Shown: positions 1 to 11,800 of the stretch, in pieces
Position numbering within the stretch: position 1 is the stretch's first letter
Layout of the letters: the number at the start of each line of letters is the position of its first letter
NCBI GenBank assembly: GCA_965140585.1
Contig: OZ223270.1
Location: 32,001-96,000, forward strand
Source of the DNA: Spirochaetia bacterium
GTDB taxonomy: Bacteria; Spirochaetota; Spirochaetia; UBA9216
Direction: 5' to 3'
DNA length: 64,000 bases
The notes under the pieces: model-generated
Told to the model about the DNA's origin: nothing
Seen by the model: only the letters and a program-made list of their open reading frames with translations
Database searches by the model: none
Position numbers and translations under genes: made by a program

Positions 1-1
1 T

Positions 2-1084
2 ATGAAGCGGATAAAGATTACAGGACCTATTTCGCTCACTATTTTAATTATAGCGGCAGTAATTATTACATCAGGATGTAACGGGACTACCGACCGCATC
101 ACCGTTGAACAGGCTGATTACTTGCTCAGTTCATACTACATGTTAAGGGGCGATGACGAAATTGCAGACAGCCGTGCTGCATGGCCGGCCTATACGGACA
201 GCATAACCTTACCGACTGATTCCACAGCGGTTACCGACAGAAAAAATAACTACCCTGAAAAAGGTCAGAAGACAGACGTCACAATTATCAAAACCCTCGT
301 AACTAACGTTTACAAAGTATCATCAGTAACCACATACCCTAAAAAAGATTCTATTTCATCAACCACCGAGGTATACTATATCTATGACGATCCTGAAAAC
401 GGGACGTTCGGCGAATTCGATTCGGCAGATTATATCTGTGATTCAGCAGGGACCCGTAACGACAACCTCAGAAGCACATTCCAGACAGAATACGATAACG
501 GAACAATTCGGTATGAAGAAATAATTGCAACAACAGCCGATGGATTAAGTTCAAATTATGCGGAATTCGATATAGACGGGGAGCTGAGTTTCCCGACTCC
601 CGATTCGGATGGAGACTGGGCACCTGCCGATGACGGAACAGGAACTGCAACATGGTCCAGTATGGTCAGCTATATCCAGGAAGAAGAGAGTGGATTCTGG
701 ATATGGACTAATTACAGACTGATTACCGGAACCAGATATTATACGGAGCTTACATCAGGTTCTGATATAACAAAAACATCCGTATCTTATGAAAAATGCA
801 TAGAAAGAGACTCCTCCAACCAGTCAACCAGAGATAACATCATCGTATTTCTAAAGAGACTGTTTAACGACAACACAACCGATCTTGATTATGCCGGAGC
901 AACTCTTTCCGAAACTGTTATCCGATATGAAATTCTGCCTAGCGGAAAGAAAACCGTTAATTCAAACACACTGGTAAAGGATCAGGATTCTTCGACTGTT
1001 GTTACTTTTACGGCAGCCTATGAAGAAGAAGCCGATGGAAGCATCACAAGCGCCGGAACTCCGGTAGCAGCATATCCACAATAA
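2..1084 (+). CDS. Hypothetical lipoprotein
   Basis: 360-aa ORF; basic N-terminus, hydrophobic stretch and lipobox-like ITSG-C; acidic Thr/Asp-rich mature part; no family recognised. Confidence 0.75.
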   Translation: MKRIKITGPISLTILIIAAVIITSGCNGTTDRITVEQADYLLSSYYMLRGDDEIADSRAAWPAYTDSITLPTDSTAVTDRKNNYPEKGQKTDVTIIKTLVTNVYKVSSVTTYPKKDSISSTTEVYYIYDDPENGTFGEFDSADYICDSAGTRNDNLRSTFQTEYDNGTIRYEEIIATTADGLSSNYAEFDIDGELSFPTPDSDGDWAPADDGTGTATWSSMVSYIQEEESGFWIWTNYRLITGTRYYTELTSGSDITKTSVSYEKCIERDSSNQSTRDNIIVFLKRLFNDNTTDLDYAGATLSETVIRYEILPSGKKTVNSNTLVKDQDSSTVVTFTAAYEEEADGSITSAGTPVAAYPQ

Positions 1085-1102
1085 TATCCCTTTGAAAATT
1101 TT

Positions 1103-1134
1103 AAAAAACCGGGAGAATTTTCTTCCGGTTTTTT
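1103..1134 (+). terminator. Intrinsic terminator
   Basis: AAAAAACCGGGAGAA-TT-TTCTTCCGGTTTTTT hairpin just after the stop at 1084. Confidence 0.75.
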
Positions 1135-1201
1135 ATTACATAAAAGTATAAAACATACGGTCAATCTTGAATCGACCTCTCTATTCCTGCATAATAAACC
1201 T

Positions 1202-2029
1202 ATGAAAGGACTTATTGTAGCAGCCGGGTACGGCACCAGATTTCTTCCCGTGACCAAAACCATCCCGAAGGAAATGCTTCCTCTTATAGATAAACCGTCA
1301 ATTGCTTTTATAATTGAGGAGTTTATTAATTCCGGAATCGACGAGATTCTAATTATTACATCCAGACGTAAAAAAAGTCTGGAAGACTTCCTTGACAGAG
1401 AGATCGAACTTGAGTCGGTATTTGACAAAGAGGGTTCCGCAGCAAAGGCTGCAAAAATCAAGCCCTATGACGCGAAATTTCTTTTTGTACGTCAGCAGGA
1501 AATGATGGGAACCGGACATGCACTTATGCAGGCAAGACCGATGCTTGACGGCGAACCCTTTGTTGTAGCCTATCCTGACGACCTGCACTTCGGAGACAAG
1601 CCGCTGGCCCTCCAGCTTATTGAAAAATACAGAGAAACCGGCTGCAGCGTCATGGCGACCCTGCATAATCCGCCGAACCTTGAACGCTACGGGATTCTTA
1701 AGCTGGCCGACGATGGCCTGCACGTTACTGACATCGTTGAAAAGCCGGCTCCGGGAACCGAACCAAGCTGTGAGGCTTCAATAGGACGGTATCTATATAC
1801 TCCTGAAATTTTTGACTTACTGGAAGAAGGATGGTCAAAACATACTTCTGGTGAATACTTCCATACATATGCTCTTAATAAAATGATGTCGGCTGGAAAC
1901 GTAGTTTACTGCGAAACCGAGGGCGAGAGACTCGATACGGGAGCCCCGGCGGGCTATCTGCAGGCGATAATTAAGTACGCAATGCAGGACCCCGAACTTG
2001 CTGAAGTTCTGCGCAGCGAAGTGAAATAA
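1202..2029 (+). CDS. galU: UTP--glucose-1-phosphate uridylyltransferase
   Basis: AAGYGTRFLPVTKTIPKEMLP, RQQEMMGTGHA, VEKP and IGRY motifs. Confidence 0.9.
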   Translation: MKGLIVAAGYGTRFLPVTKTIPKEMLPLIDKPSIAFIIEEFINSGIDEILIITSRRKKSLEDFLDREIELESVFDKEGSAAKAAKIKPYDAKFLFVRQQEMMGTGHALMQARPMLDGEPFVVAYPDDLHFGDKPLALQLIEKYRETGCSVMATLHNPPNLERYGILKLADDGLHVTDIVEKPAPGTEPSCEASIGRYLYTPEIFDLLEEGWSKHTSGEYFHTYALNKMMSAGNVVYCETEGERLDTGAPAGYLQAIIKYAMQDPELAEVLRSEVK

Positions 2030-2053
2030 TCTGCCTGCTAATAAACAGCGATT

Positions 2054-3139
2054 TTACCAGCGGTTGAGAACCTTCTCGGCAAACCCCATAAAGTCTTTTA
2101 TTTCCAGGGCTGTTCCGTCATCAAGGACAGCCCTGCCGCTGAATTTACCGAAAACCTGATGTTGGCAGCTTCTGATAATAAGAATGTTGGTATCGGAAAA
2201 CCGGTCTATAAGCGGTTTGAATTCCATTTCAAATCTGCCGTCAGAGCTTGTAAATGTCCAGGGTTCCGTAAACTGCTCACAGCCTTTTGAATCTACCGGA
2301 ATATTGAAAGTCACATTTTCAAACTTATGGCCCCTTCCGTCATAGAAGATGATATTCTCGGTTGCGGCCGAGGTATCACCGAACCCGTAGCCTATGTTGA
2401 ATCCGAAGCGCTTTCCATCAATAATACCGGAACCTGACCCCCAGTACCACGTATTATTGTAAGTCCACACGCCCCTTCCCCAGTCAAGGACAGCATAACT
2501 GCCGGTCGACGGTAATTCACTATCCTGCCTGGATTCTGTACCCTTATTTGTAAAATCGATGCTTTTCCGCCCGGATATAAGACTGCCTTCAGCCTTCATG
2601 CAGTTGATTTTACGGTTAAAGTAGAAATGGGCTGATTTATCAAAGGGAGTAGCAATGACCATGCTGTCATCTGAAAGCGGCTGTTCAAGAACAAGCGACC
2701 CGCTTAGGCCATTATCTCCGTCAAAAGCCGGATAATCAACCTCAAGAGTTCTTATAAGGCTGTTTCCGCTCTGACTGAGAAGAAAACTTATTCTAATGCC
2801 TTTTTCATTTACAACCACATCACCTTCCTCAGTGGAACCGGGCAAATTAAGTTTCCCCATAGGAAAGAGCCCCATAACTGAACCGCTTGTTTCGGTTTTA
2901 TTTTTAAAATCAAAAACTGTGACAGAATAAAATGCCATATATCCGTTATCTGCAACCGTCAGAGCAATACCGTCGTTGTCATTCATAACACAGTAATAGT
3001 CCCATTCTTTGATTCTCCATGCTGGGGCTTTAATCATATTCCGCCCGTAACTAAACAGGGGCTTTCTTGCCCAGCCCGGAGTACCAATATTCCCATTAGA
3101 ATTGAGAAGTACAGTTTTTTCGGTAATTTCAGTCTGCAT
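2054..3139 (-). CDS. DUF2804 family protein
   Basis: GWAR, RIKEWDYY, LDWGRGVWTY, GFNIGYGFGD, HQVFGKFSG and C-terminal GFAEKVLNRW. Confidence 0.8.
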   Translation of the reverse strand: MQTEITEKTVLLNSNGNIGTPGWARKPLFSYGRNMIKAPAWRIKEWDYYCVMNDNDGIALTVADNGYMAFYSVTVFDFKNKTETSGSVMGLFPMGKLNLPGSTEEGDVVVNEKGIRISFLLSQSGNSLIRTLEVDYPAFDGDNGLSGSLVLEQPLSDDSMVIATPFDKSAHFYFNRKINCMKAEGSLISGRKSIDFTNKGTESRQDSELPSTGSYAVLDWGRGVWTYNNTWYWGSGSGIIDGKRFGFNIGYGFGDTSAATENIIFYDGRGHKFENVTFNIPVDSKGCEQFTEPWTFTSSDGRFEMEFKPLIDRFSDTNILIIRSCQHQVFGKFSGRAVLDDGTALEIKDFMGFAEKVLNRW

Positions 3140-4040
3140 ATTCGACCTCCATATTTTTAATTAAGCCTTCAAGCTGTTGAGCTTCTGCCGGCCGGCCATG
3201 TTTTCTGCAGCCTTCTATCCATACCCGGCATTTAAATTTAAGTTCATTAAAAGCAGCACTCTTCTGTGTGCCTGAAAAGCCATTCCAGCAATACCCTTCA
3301 GTATACAAGGCTCCGGGAAAATCAGGGTATATTTCTTTAAATGCAGCGGATGCACCCAGAAGCCCGGCAAGCCCCGTAAGTCTGAACCATTCTATTCTGC
3401 CGTACTTTTCAGACAACTGCGGCCAGTCCCCGGCCTGTTTACATGTATGTTTTTCATTCAGATAACCCACATTTGCGGCAGGGGTTATGCGTAACCAGTA
3501 TTCATAGTCCTCCGCTATCTCCAGATTTTCGTTGAACCCGCCGGTATTAAAATAAAAATCACGGCACATCATAACTGTTGAGGGACCGATTATACATTTC
3601 TTAAGAGCATCTGCAAAAATGTCGCCTTCGCGGCGGTGTTTCTGCCCCTTCTGGCTGACCTCTTTACCGTTTCTCATCCACTGTTCGCGGGTATGTGATA
3701 CCTGAAGAGCCTTCGCCTGCATAAGCTCAAGCTGATTTTTAAGTTTATCAGGAAACCAGTAATCATCGGAATCGAGAAAAGCCAGAAACTCACCTTCTGC
3801 AGATTCTGCGCCTCGGTTTCTTGCCGCCCCGGGCATTCCGCTATGCCGGAACTTTAAAACCCTTATACGGCTGTCTTCGGATGCAAGTCTGTCGGCTATA
3901 AAGGGCGTTTCATCTGTGGAGCCGTCATCTGTGATGAGCAGTTCGAAATCAGTCATTGTCTGAGAAAGGACGCTGCCGACTGCCTTTATAAGGTGGGCGG
4001 GACGGTTGTACACAGGGATTATGGCAGATATAAGCGGCAT
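3129..4040 (-). CDS. Glycosyltransferase family 2
   Basis: SAIIPVYNR, DDGSTD, GAARNRG, FLDSDD (DxD) and EDYEYWLR motifs; overlaps the start of the DUF2804 gene. Confidence 0.9.
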   Translation of the reverse strand: MPLISAIIPVYNRPAHLIKAVGSVLSQTMTDFELLITDDGSTDETPFIADRLASEDSRIRVLKFRHSGMPGAARNRGAESAEGEFLAFLDSDDYWFPDKLKNQLELMQAKALQVSHTREQWMRNGKEVSQKGQKHRREGDIFADALKKCIIGPSTVMMCRDFYFNTGGFNENLEIAEDYEYWLRITPAANVGYLNEKHTCKQAGDWPQLSEKYGRIEWFRLTGLAGLLGASAAFKEIYPDFPGALYTEGYCWNGFSGTQKSAAFNELKFKCRVWIEGCRKHGRPAEAQQLEGLIKNMEVEYAD

Positions 4041-4043
4041 AAA

Positions 4044-4652
4044 TCAGTCTTCAGTTACAGTTTTAACAAGATAGATTGAGAGAACCTTCTCATTCTCCGC
4101 CAGCTCACTCTCAACTATTTCATCATTAAGCAGAATCTGACCGCCCAGGTCTTTAATATGGTAAATGTAGTAAGTGTCAGGAACGGAACTGAATAAATCG
4201 GTTGAAAGTGAAAGTTGTGTATCGGAATCCACTGAAAGAACCTTCGCGGATGAAATTGATGTTGCATTCTGGTAGATAACGTCGCCTTCGACTATCCCCG
4301 CGGTTGTGAAGCTGGCTGTGGAATCTATAAGCTTTGCAGCTCCGTATAGATCGGCTGTACCATTCAGAAAATAGTTAAATACATCGTCCCGAAGGATATC
4401 AGCTTTGAGGTAAAGATACCCTTTAAATTCAGCACCTGCAGTAAACACTCCTGAAGTCCATGGAAGTTCTTCAGCTGTAAGCTTAATAATATTGTCATCT
4501 CCATCGCTGTATGAAATATCCGCAGTGGCTCCATCAAATCCGCTTACTTTGTATTCGTATGTATCTGCAATCACAGCCGGAATCTCTATATCAGAACACC
4601 CTGAAAGAAATGCTATTATACTTATTAAAAATATTAAGTAACTGTTTTTCAT
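4044..4652 (-). CDS. Hypothetical lipoprotein
   Basis: MKNSYLIFLISIIAFLSG-C lipoprotein signal if started at ATG 4652 (ORF track starts at 4679). Confidence 0.7.
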   Translation of the reverse strand: MKNSYLIFLISIIAFLSGCSDIEIPAVIADTYEYKVSGFDGATADISYSDGDDNIIKLTAEELPWTSGVFTAGAEFKGYLYLKADILRDDVFNYFLNGTADLYGAAKLIDSTASFTTAGIVEGDVIYQNATSISSAKVLSVDSDTQLSLSTDLFSSVPDTYYIYHIKDLGGQILLNDEIVESELAENEKVLSIYLVKTVTED

Positions 4653-4758
4653 AAAATTGCCGTATATATAATGTATCATAATTTCGGGAAAATGCTAAAA
4701 ATTTTTATAATTGAAATCGCATGATATTTTTCCGGAAAATGATATAATGTAAGTAAAT

Positions 4759-5898
4759 ATGAAAAAACTCTTCCTTAAGATATTTACAGTATTCTCACTT
4801 CTGACACTACTTACAGGCTGCTCATACGATTATTTCTCGAGGTATGAAAGCAAGAATCTTATTCAGCACCTGAGTCTGGCAGACTGGACTCTTTCAGTAA
4901 GCACTACATACATGGATTACAGCACCGTCACTGCAGCAGTAGCCGGAACTTCCGGGCTTCCCGATGCAGCAGCTGCTATTTACTGCATTGAAAACCTGAA
5001 CCTGGTTCCCGACGGAGATTTTGAAGCAACCACACCTGACACCAACTCATTTCCTGCTGGATGGGACAATTCTAATGCCGATGCAGGAGACGGAGTGGAG
5101 TCGGGCTCTCCCATTGACGGACAGGCCCTTCGATTTGACGAGGGTATTGGAGAATATCTTACTTACGATGTAAACACGATATCTGACGGAGCTATTCCCG
5201 ACTCAAACTACCTGCTTAGATTCGATCTGTCGGGAGATAACACCGGAAACTATTATTTCAGAATTGAAGACACATCCGGTTCAGGAAATGTAACTACATA
5301 TTCTGCAAACCTTCTCCAGAGTGGAACTGCATTCGCCTTTCCTGCTGATTTTTCATCTATATCCCTTACAGAATTTTTAATACATACTGACGACAGCGAA
5401 GTTTTTCATATAAACCTCAGCGACGTCACACTTCAGGCAGGGTATATTGACAACTTCAGGATCGTAAAGTCAGATCAGGATCAGAATATTTCAATTGAAC
5501 TGCCCTTTATCGATGAGAATAGAATCGACTCACTTAACCTTATCTCGGGCTATTACAGATTCAGTGTCTGGGTTAAAGCTGATCCGAATGCCGGTGTTTC
5601 AAATACATTTGCTGCAGAGGCTGTTTCCCTCTCGATAAGTTCATTGGATGAGGAAGGTCTTGCATCAAGGGCAAACAGTGCAGCATTCGACGCTTCTGAT
5701 TATTCATCATTTTCCAATTGGACAGAGATTTATATTGATGCCGAGCTTCAGATTGCACTCCCCTACTGGGGGGAGACCACTGTAATAAAGCTCCAGATAA
5801 GCCCGGGTGATATTACCGCAGGAGCTTCCGGCATTGATTCAGGTTCAATACTTGTATCAACACCGGGACTTTATTATTCCCCCGACTCAGAGTTCTGA
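4759..5898 (+). CDS. Lipoprotein with possible carbohydrate-binding (CBM4/9-like) beta-sandwich domains
   Basis: LLTG-C lipobox; NLVPDGDFE...GW and YIDNFRI, YRFSVWVK segments resemble galactose-binding-like folds. Confidence 0.6.
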   Translation: MKKLFLKIFTVFSLLTLLTGCSYDYFSRYESKNLIQHLSLADWTLSVSTTYMDYSTVTAAVAGTSGLPDAAAAIYCIENLNLVPDGDFEATTPDTNSFPAGWDNSNADAGDGVESGSPIDGQALRFDEGIGEYLTYDVNTISDGAIPDSNYLLRFDLSGDNTGNYYFRIEDTSGSGNVTTYSANLLQSGTAFAFPADFSSISLTEFLIHTDDSEVFHINLSDVTLQAGYIDNFRIVKSDQDQNISIELPFIDENRIDSLNLISGYYRFSVWVKADPNAGVSNTFAAEAVSLSISSLDEEGLASRANSAAFDASDYSSFSNWTEIYIDAELQIALPYWGETTVIKLQISPGDITAGASGIDSGSILVSTPGLYYSPDSEF

Positions 5899-5899
5899 G

Positions 5900-8800
5900 C
5901 TATTTAACAATCATAACCTTCCTATACTCATCAATTCCCGGGGCAACTATTCTTATGAAATAAATCCCCCTGGCAACGATATTACCGGCCCGGTTTGTTC
6001 CGTCCCAGCTGAAGTTGTACGTGCCGGCACCCTGTGCGCCGCGATGAATAACCTTAACCAGATCACCGGCCATATTAAAGACATTAATGGTAACCATTCC
6101 GGCATTCGGCAGGTCATAAGTAAGAACGGTCTTCTCATCACCCTCAACAGGATTGATGACATTATTAAGTATCGTCACACCGGCCGCTTGCTTCTTTATA
6201 TCCTTAATTGAAAAACTCCATGGAACAATGGTCCGAGGATCATCCTTATCAAGAAGATTAGCACAGAAGAGATCTCCGACTTTAAGCAGGAACTGGACTT
6301 CATTACCTGTTTCAATCTCGGAATCATCCGAAGGAATCATAAATTTTCTGGTACCCTCACTACTGCTGTATGGGTTAAGACCTCTGGCTGATGTGTTTGC
6401 CGCAGGAACAAGAGCATTGTTATAGCTCGGGAGCCAGAAGCCGTCATTAAGAACAGACTCTGAAGGATCAACGTCATAATAGAGGCTGGCCGAAAGACCT
6501 TTAAACCTGTCGGCTGCAAGAATTGAGGCTTCAAGCGTAATATTACTGTCTGTCAGATATCCTGTACCGTCAAAGATTCTCAGGCTTGTATCTGTTCCAT
6601 ACAGAGAGTTATTATGCAGGCTGTCTGCCGCCCATATCGGGTTCATGACACCTATTCCGATATCAGAGAAGCGGTGTATGGAGGTAACCTCCATAGCGTT
6701 GCCCAGCTTATCATAGATCTGAGTAGCCTGGGGTATAATCTTTGCCTCAAGGATTTCATCTGCGGTAAGGCCTGAATCAAGGTTGAACCATGCTTCAAGC
6801 AGTCCGCCGCTAAGATAGCTTATTGCGGTAATTCCATTCAGAGAATTGGTTGTACCGCTGAAGCTGAAGTCGGTTTCTGCGACATTAACATAGCCTGCGC
6901 CAAAAACAGGCTCGGAAAACCTGATATATATCTTAGTATCACCAACAGCACCAAGGGCAAGTTCAATATACGGAGGAATACGCTCAACACCAGAAAGAGA
7001 AATTGAGGTGGTAGGTATAAGATTTCCGGCAAGGTCGGTTATATATCCGATTGATGCATCATACTTTATCTGAAGAGCTGTACGGGTATTCCAGGTATGC
7101 AGATCATTCAAAGTCAGTGCAAAATAAGAGTCATCAGCAACTGTAATCGGGCCGAGGAAGATCGAAGAATCCTGAACCGTAGTAGTAATACCGGTATTAT
7201 ATCCGGCTGTCAAACTTGTATCATTTACATCCGCGATAAAAAAGGCGGTATAAGGATCAATCGAGTTTGCAGCATCAATGGCACATGTAGCATCACGGAC
7301 ACCGAGGTTTGCGCCTGCTTCCGGATGAACAATTCCAGCGTCGATAGCCTGGGAGAATCCGCCCTGTGAAGTTTCATTATCCCTTATAAAGAACTCAAGC
7401 CTTTCAATCTTTCCGGTAGTAACGTTAGCGATAGAAATAATTTCATATGTATTTGGAATAACAGTATCGTCATAGACTGAAAAAATAGGAGGCTCAACAT
7501 CCCATCCGGTAATATGGTCTGCAGGCATGCTTATATTCGGTAAACTTGTTGTCCCGCTCACAAGGATATCGGAGACAGCTGTTGTGATAACCGGATCTGC
7601 TATAGCATCTGTCCCCCTGTATGGCTCAGTAGAAGGTTCAATTGTATTCCCATCGGCATCTTTAATAAAACTGTTTGCCAGCGCTTTAATAGAAACTCCG
7701 CCGGCTGTTACATCGGTATTTACGCTGTGACTTAAAAGAGTTTCTGCAGGATCTCCGAGATATCCCGGCCAGAGGGCTGTATCATCAGTTCGCCAGCCCG
7801 CTACATATAGAGTTATTCCAAAATCTCCTGACGGGTTTTCTGTACCGCTTCTATACATGGAGGTAATTGCCGGGTTACCGTCACGGCTGCCAGATAAAAA
7901 AGTTCCTGTATACGAGAAATAACCGACAACATCAACGACTGCTCCATTCTGAACAATATGACCACCGTGCTCACCGGTAGCAAAGGTTTCATCTGCACGG
8001 TCATTTGCCGGAGGCGCTCCCGCACCAATTGCATAATTAACATCATCTCCGATATCTACAGGCTCTGAATACCTGAGATGAAGGAAGTTGTGGCCGTCAT
8101 ATATCTCATCAGACGCAGCTGCCTGATGGTTCACCCGACCGCCTACAACTGCAACAAGATTCGGTCGGCATTCATCTGCAAAAGTTTCATTCGTAGATCC
8201 GTCAGCAATATCCTCGGTGTTAAGCCCATAATTCCGAATATGGTTATGGCCTTCTGCATCAAACAAAGATCCCTTCAGCATTGAAAGTGATGCTGAAATT
8301 GCCTGATGATTTCCTTCGCGGTCCGAACTTCCGGTATTACCGTCACTTGTTCCGGTTGCATCCGTATTCCATGTTGCTGTAGTCCTGTCTATCTGAAGGT
8401 AGAATGTAGTGAGATCTCCCGCACCGTCTGTGGTTGTGAAATTAAACGGAGCAGCATCATCAGCATCAATATATGAGGCACTGAAGGTAAGTCCTGAGTT
8501 TCCATCGACATAGACGTTTGAAACAGCAGCGGATATTTCATCACTATCGTTTTCGATTGCCTCTGTGAATGTAACCCTTATTACATTATCAAAGACAGTC
8601 TCATAATTTACAATCTCGGGAAATGTTGAATCTACGTTTGCAACATTATTTCCGCCGTCAGTATTTCCGTTCTGGGGATCAACGCCAAGCCAATTTGAAG
8701 CGTTACAGTAATCTACTGCCGATCTGAAAACAACTGCATAGTTTGTGCCGTAGGGCCAATCGGTTATATTATCGCCCGGAGCTGTATCAAGCCCGGTGAC

Positions 8801-11800
8801 AGTTGAATTATCGTTTACAATTAGGTTCCAGGCTGCAGTTCCCGGAAGACCCGCGCCGTTAACATAGAAATTACCGCCTGCATTAATAGTTGAGCCGTTA
8901 AGATTAGCAAAGGCAGCACCCGGGGCAGTGCTGAATACCGCAGTTCCGGCGTTATATGTTCCTGCAGAGGGATAGTATGCAAGAGCTCCGGTATTCGGAT
9001 AGGCAAAATAGATATTGCCTGCATGTGTTGCGGCTCTGGCTGAATCAATTGCTGAGTATGTACCTCCGAATACAGCAAGATCACCATTTGTTGTCAGTGT
9101 CCTTGCATTCAGATTGAGAGTTCCGTCATAGAAGATTAAATTATCGGCTGAAAGATGTTTCTGCAGAACCAGGGTGTAACCGCCGGCATCTATGTATAAA
9201 TCCTGGGCACTGATATCTATTGTAGCGGCAGTGGAGGTACAGTTTCCAGCTCCGCGGATGAGCACATATCGAAATGGTATCAGCCCGCTGCCGACAACGC
9301 CATTCAGGGTTAAGGTTCCAATTCCTGAATCCAGGGATAGAATCCCGGTATCAGCACTGCTGCTAACGACTGTTGAATTAAATGTTAAATCTCCCTGTAT
9401 AGAGCCAGTATCATTAATATCAGTATCAAAAACGATAGACTCATCGTCAGTAACAGTTACTGCTGAGGTAAAATAGATATCATCCTGAGTCGTGGTCACA
9501 TTTCCGGCAGTCTGAACAGCTCCGGCTCCATCCTGTGTGAAAGCACCGTCGAGCGATATGTCAGCACCCGGTGCTATATCAAGAAGTCCGGCATTTGTTA
9601 TGGTTACAGCTCCGCCGTTTCCGGCAGTTGAGGTATCGATCGTACTGTTGATTGTAACTGTATTGGTTGTAAGATCCATGCCCCCGGCAGCCTGCAGCAC
9701 TACGGCTCCATCAAACTGGGTATCACCTGTTCCTGCAGTTTGAGTTAGTGTATTTGCACTGAAGGCCAAATCAGCAGTAACATCTGCAGCACTGTTGATA
9801 CTAACATCGCCAAGATCATTTGCTCCGCCGACAATTCCGTTAAAATCAATATTACCGGTTCCTGCTGTAAGACTCAGGTCGTCATCAAAGTTGGCATCAT
9901 CGCCGTTGAGCGTCCCATTGAAGGTAATTGTCCCTGCACCTGCATCGGTATCGAGCGAGACAGTCCCGTTATCAGTAATAGTCACGTTTCTGGTGAAATA
10001 TATACTGTCATTTGTGGTAGTAATATTTCCTGCTGTCTCCACATCTCCGGCACCATCCTGTAAAAAGGCACCGTCAAGGCTCATATTGGCACCTGCTGCT
10101 ATATCAAGCAGACCGGCATTGGTTATTGTTACGGTTCCTCCGTTTCCTGCCGCCAAGGTGTTTATAGTACTGTTAATAGTTACCGTACTGGTTGTTATAT
10201 CCATTCCGCCCAAGGCCTGCAGCGTTATAGCGCCGTCAAACTGGGTATCGCCTGTGCCCGCTGTCTGGGTTAAAGTGTTTGCACTGAAGGCTGCATCTGC
10301 TGTCACATCAAGAGCACTGCTGATTAATACATTGCCCATGTCGACCGAGCTTCCAACAGCGGCATTAAAATCAATATTACCGGTTCCGGCAATAAGGGTA
10401 AGATTGTCCGTAAAATCAGAACCCTCGCCATCGAGTGTTCCACTGAAAGTAATTGTTCCGCCTACGCCTGCACCTGTACTGACTGTAACAGTCGCATCAT
10501 CAGTTATATATGTATTACTTGCAAACTGAATTGTGTTGTTTGAGGTCGTAACATTGCTGTTTGTATCGATTGAGGTGCCGCCGGTCAGAGTAATACCACC
10601 GGTACCTCCGTTTATAGCCGCATTTATATCAAGGTTATTTCCGGCACCTATACCGGTCAGGATTATACCTCCCGCACCTGCGGCTGAAGCTCCTGCCCCG
10701 TTCAGGGTAATAGTACCGTCGGCATCCAGACGGATATTTCCACCTGCAACTGTACTCAGTCCTGTAACTGTAACAGCGCCGGATTCATCAATCGCGATAT
10801 CACCGCCTGCGGAATTGCCAACATTTAATGTATTTACAGTTGTACTGATCGCCTGCCCAAAGCTTACACCAGTACCATTTGCAGTACTGATGGTAAGTAC
10901 ATCGCCGGTAACATTCGAGGTTGAATCGGTATTTGTAACTGCCCCGTTAGCCGTTGTCAGGCTAATGTCGGCATTGCTTCCCTGGGCATCAATTGTATCA
11001 ACCTCAATATCACCGTTAGCTGCGGTTACGCTGATATCGTTAACATCTGTATCGTTACTGCTTACAATATTAGTCAGAACGATATTTCCGGCATTAACCG
11101 TCGAAAGGGTAACCGGGCCGTTTGAAGCCGTAACCGAGGTAAAAGTAACTGCATCGGTCTCCCTGATGGTTACCGAACCTGCAGCCTGCGCATTCAGAGT
11201 CATTGTTGAAACAGCAGTATCCAGATTTATTCCGCCCTGAGCAGTAATGTTAAGATCGGATGCGCTTATATCATTCTCTGCATTTCCGCCTGGATCGGTA
11301 ACCGCATTCAAGGAAGTAAGGACAATATCTCCCGTACCGCCTGTTGTAAGCAGGACAACAGGCGTCGGACCGACAGGATCATATAGAGCGATATCGCTCC
11401 CATCTGCAGAACTGTCAGCGGAAAGTCCGACTGCAGCCCTTACGTCGACAGCCCCGTTTGCAGCCTGACCTATTCCTGAGTCATCTGCCGTAAGTATTAT
11501 AACCGCGGCAGTCACATCGGCGGTTGTATCAGAGGCAGTTGAATCATCAATTGCTCCCGATGCAGATATTGATACAGTATCATCTGCTGTATCCGCAGTA
11601 ATACTACCGAGGCCTGTATCTGCACCGGTTCCGCCGGTATTGGTTACAGTTATGTCTCCGTTTGAAGCAGTGACAGTGACCAGTGTCAGGCTTTGGTTTC
11701 CTGTTTGATCAAAATCAATTGTTGAAGCCCCGCCCGTTGTCATCGTTGTAACTGAAAGTCCGGCATCGGCAGTATGATCAATATCGATATTTCCGGAAGC

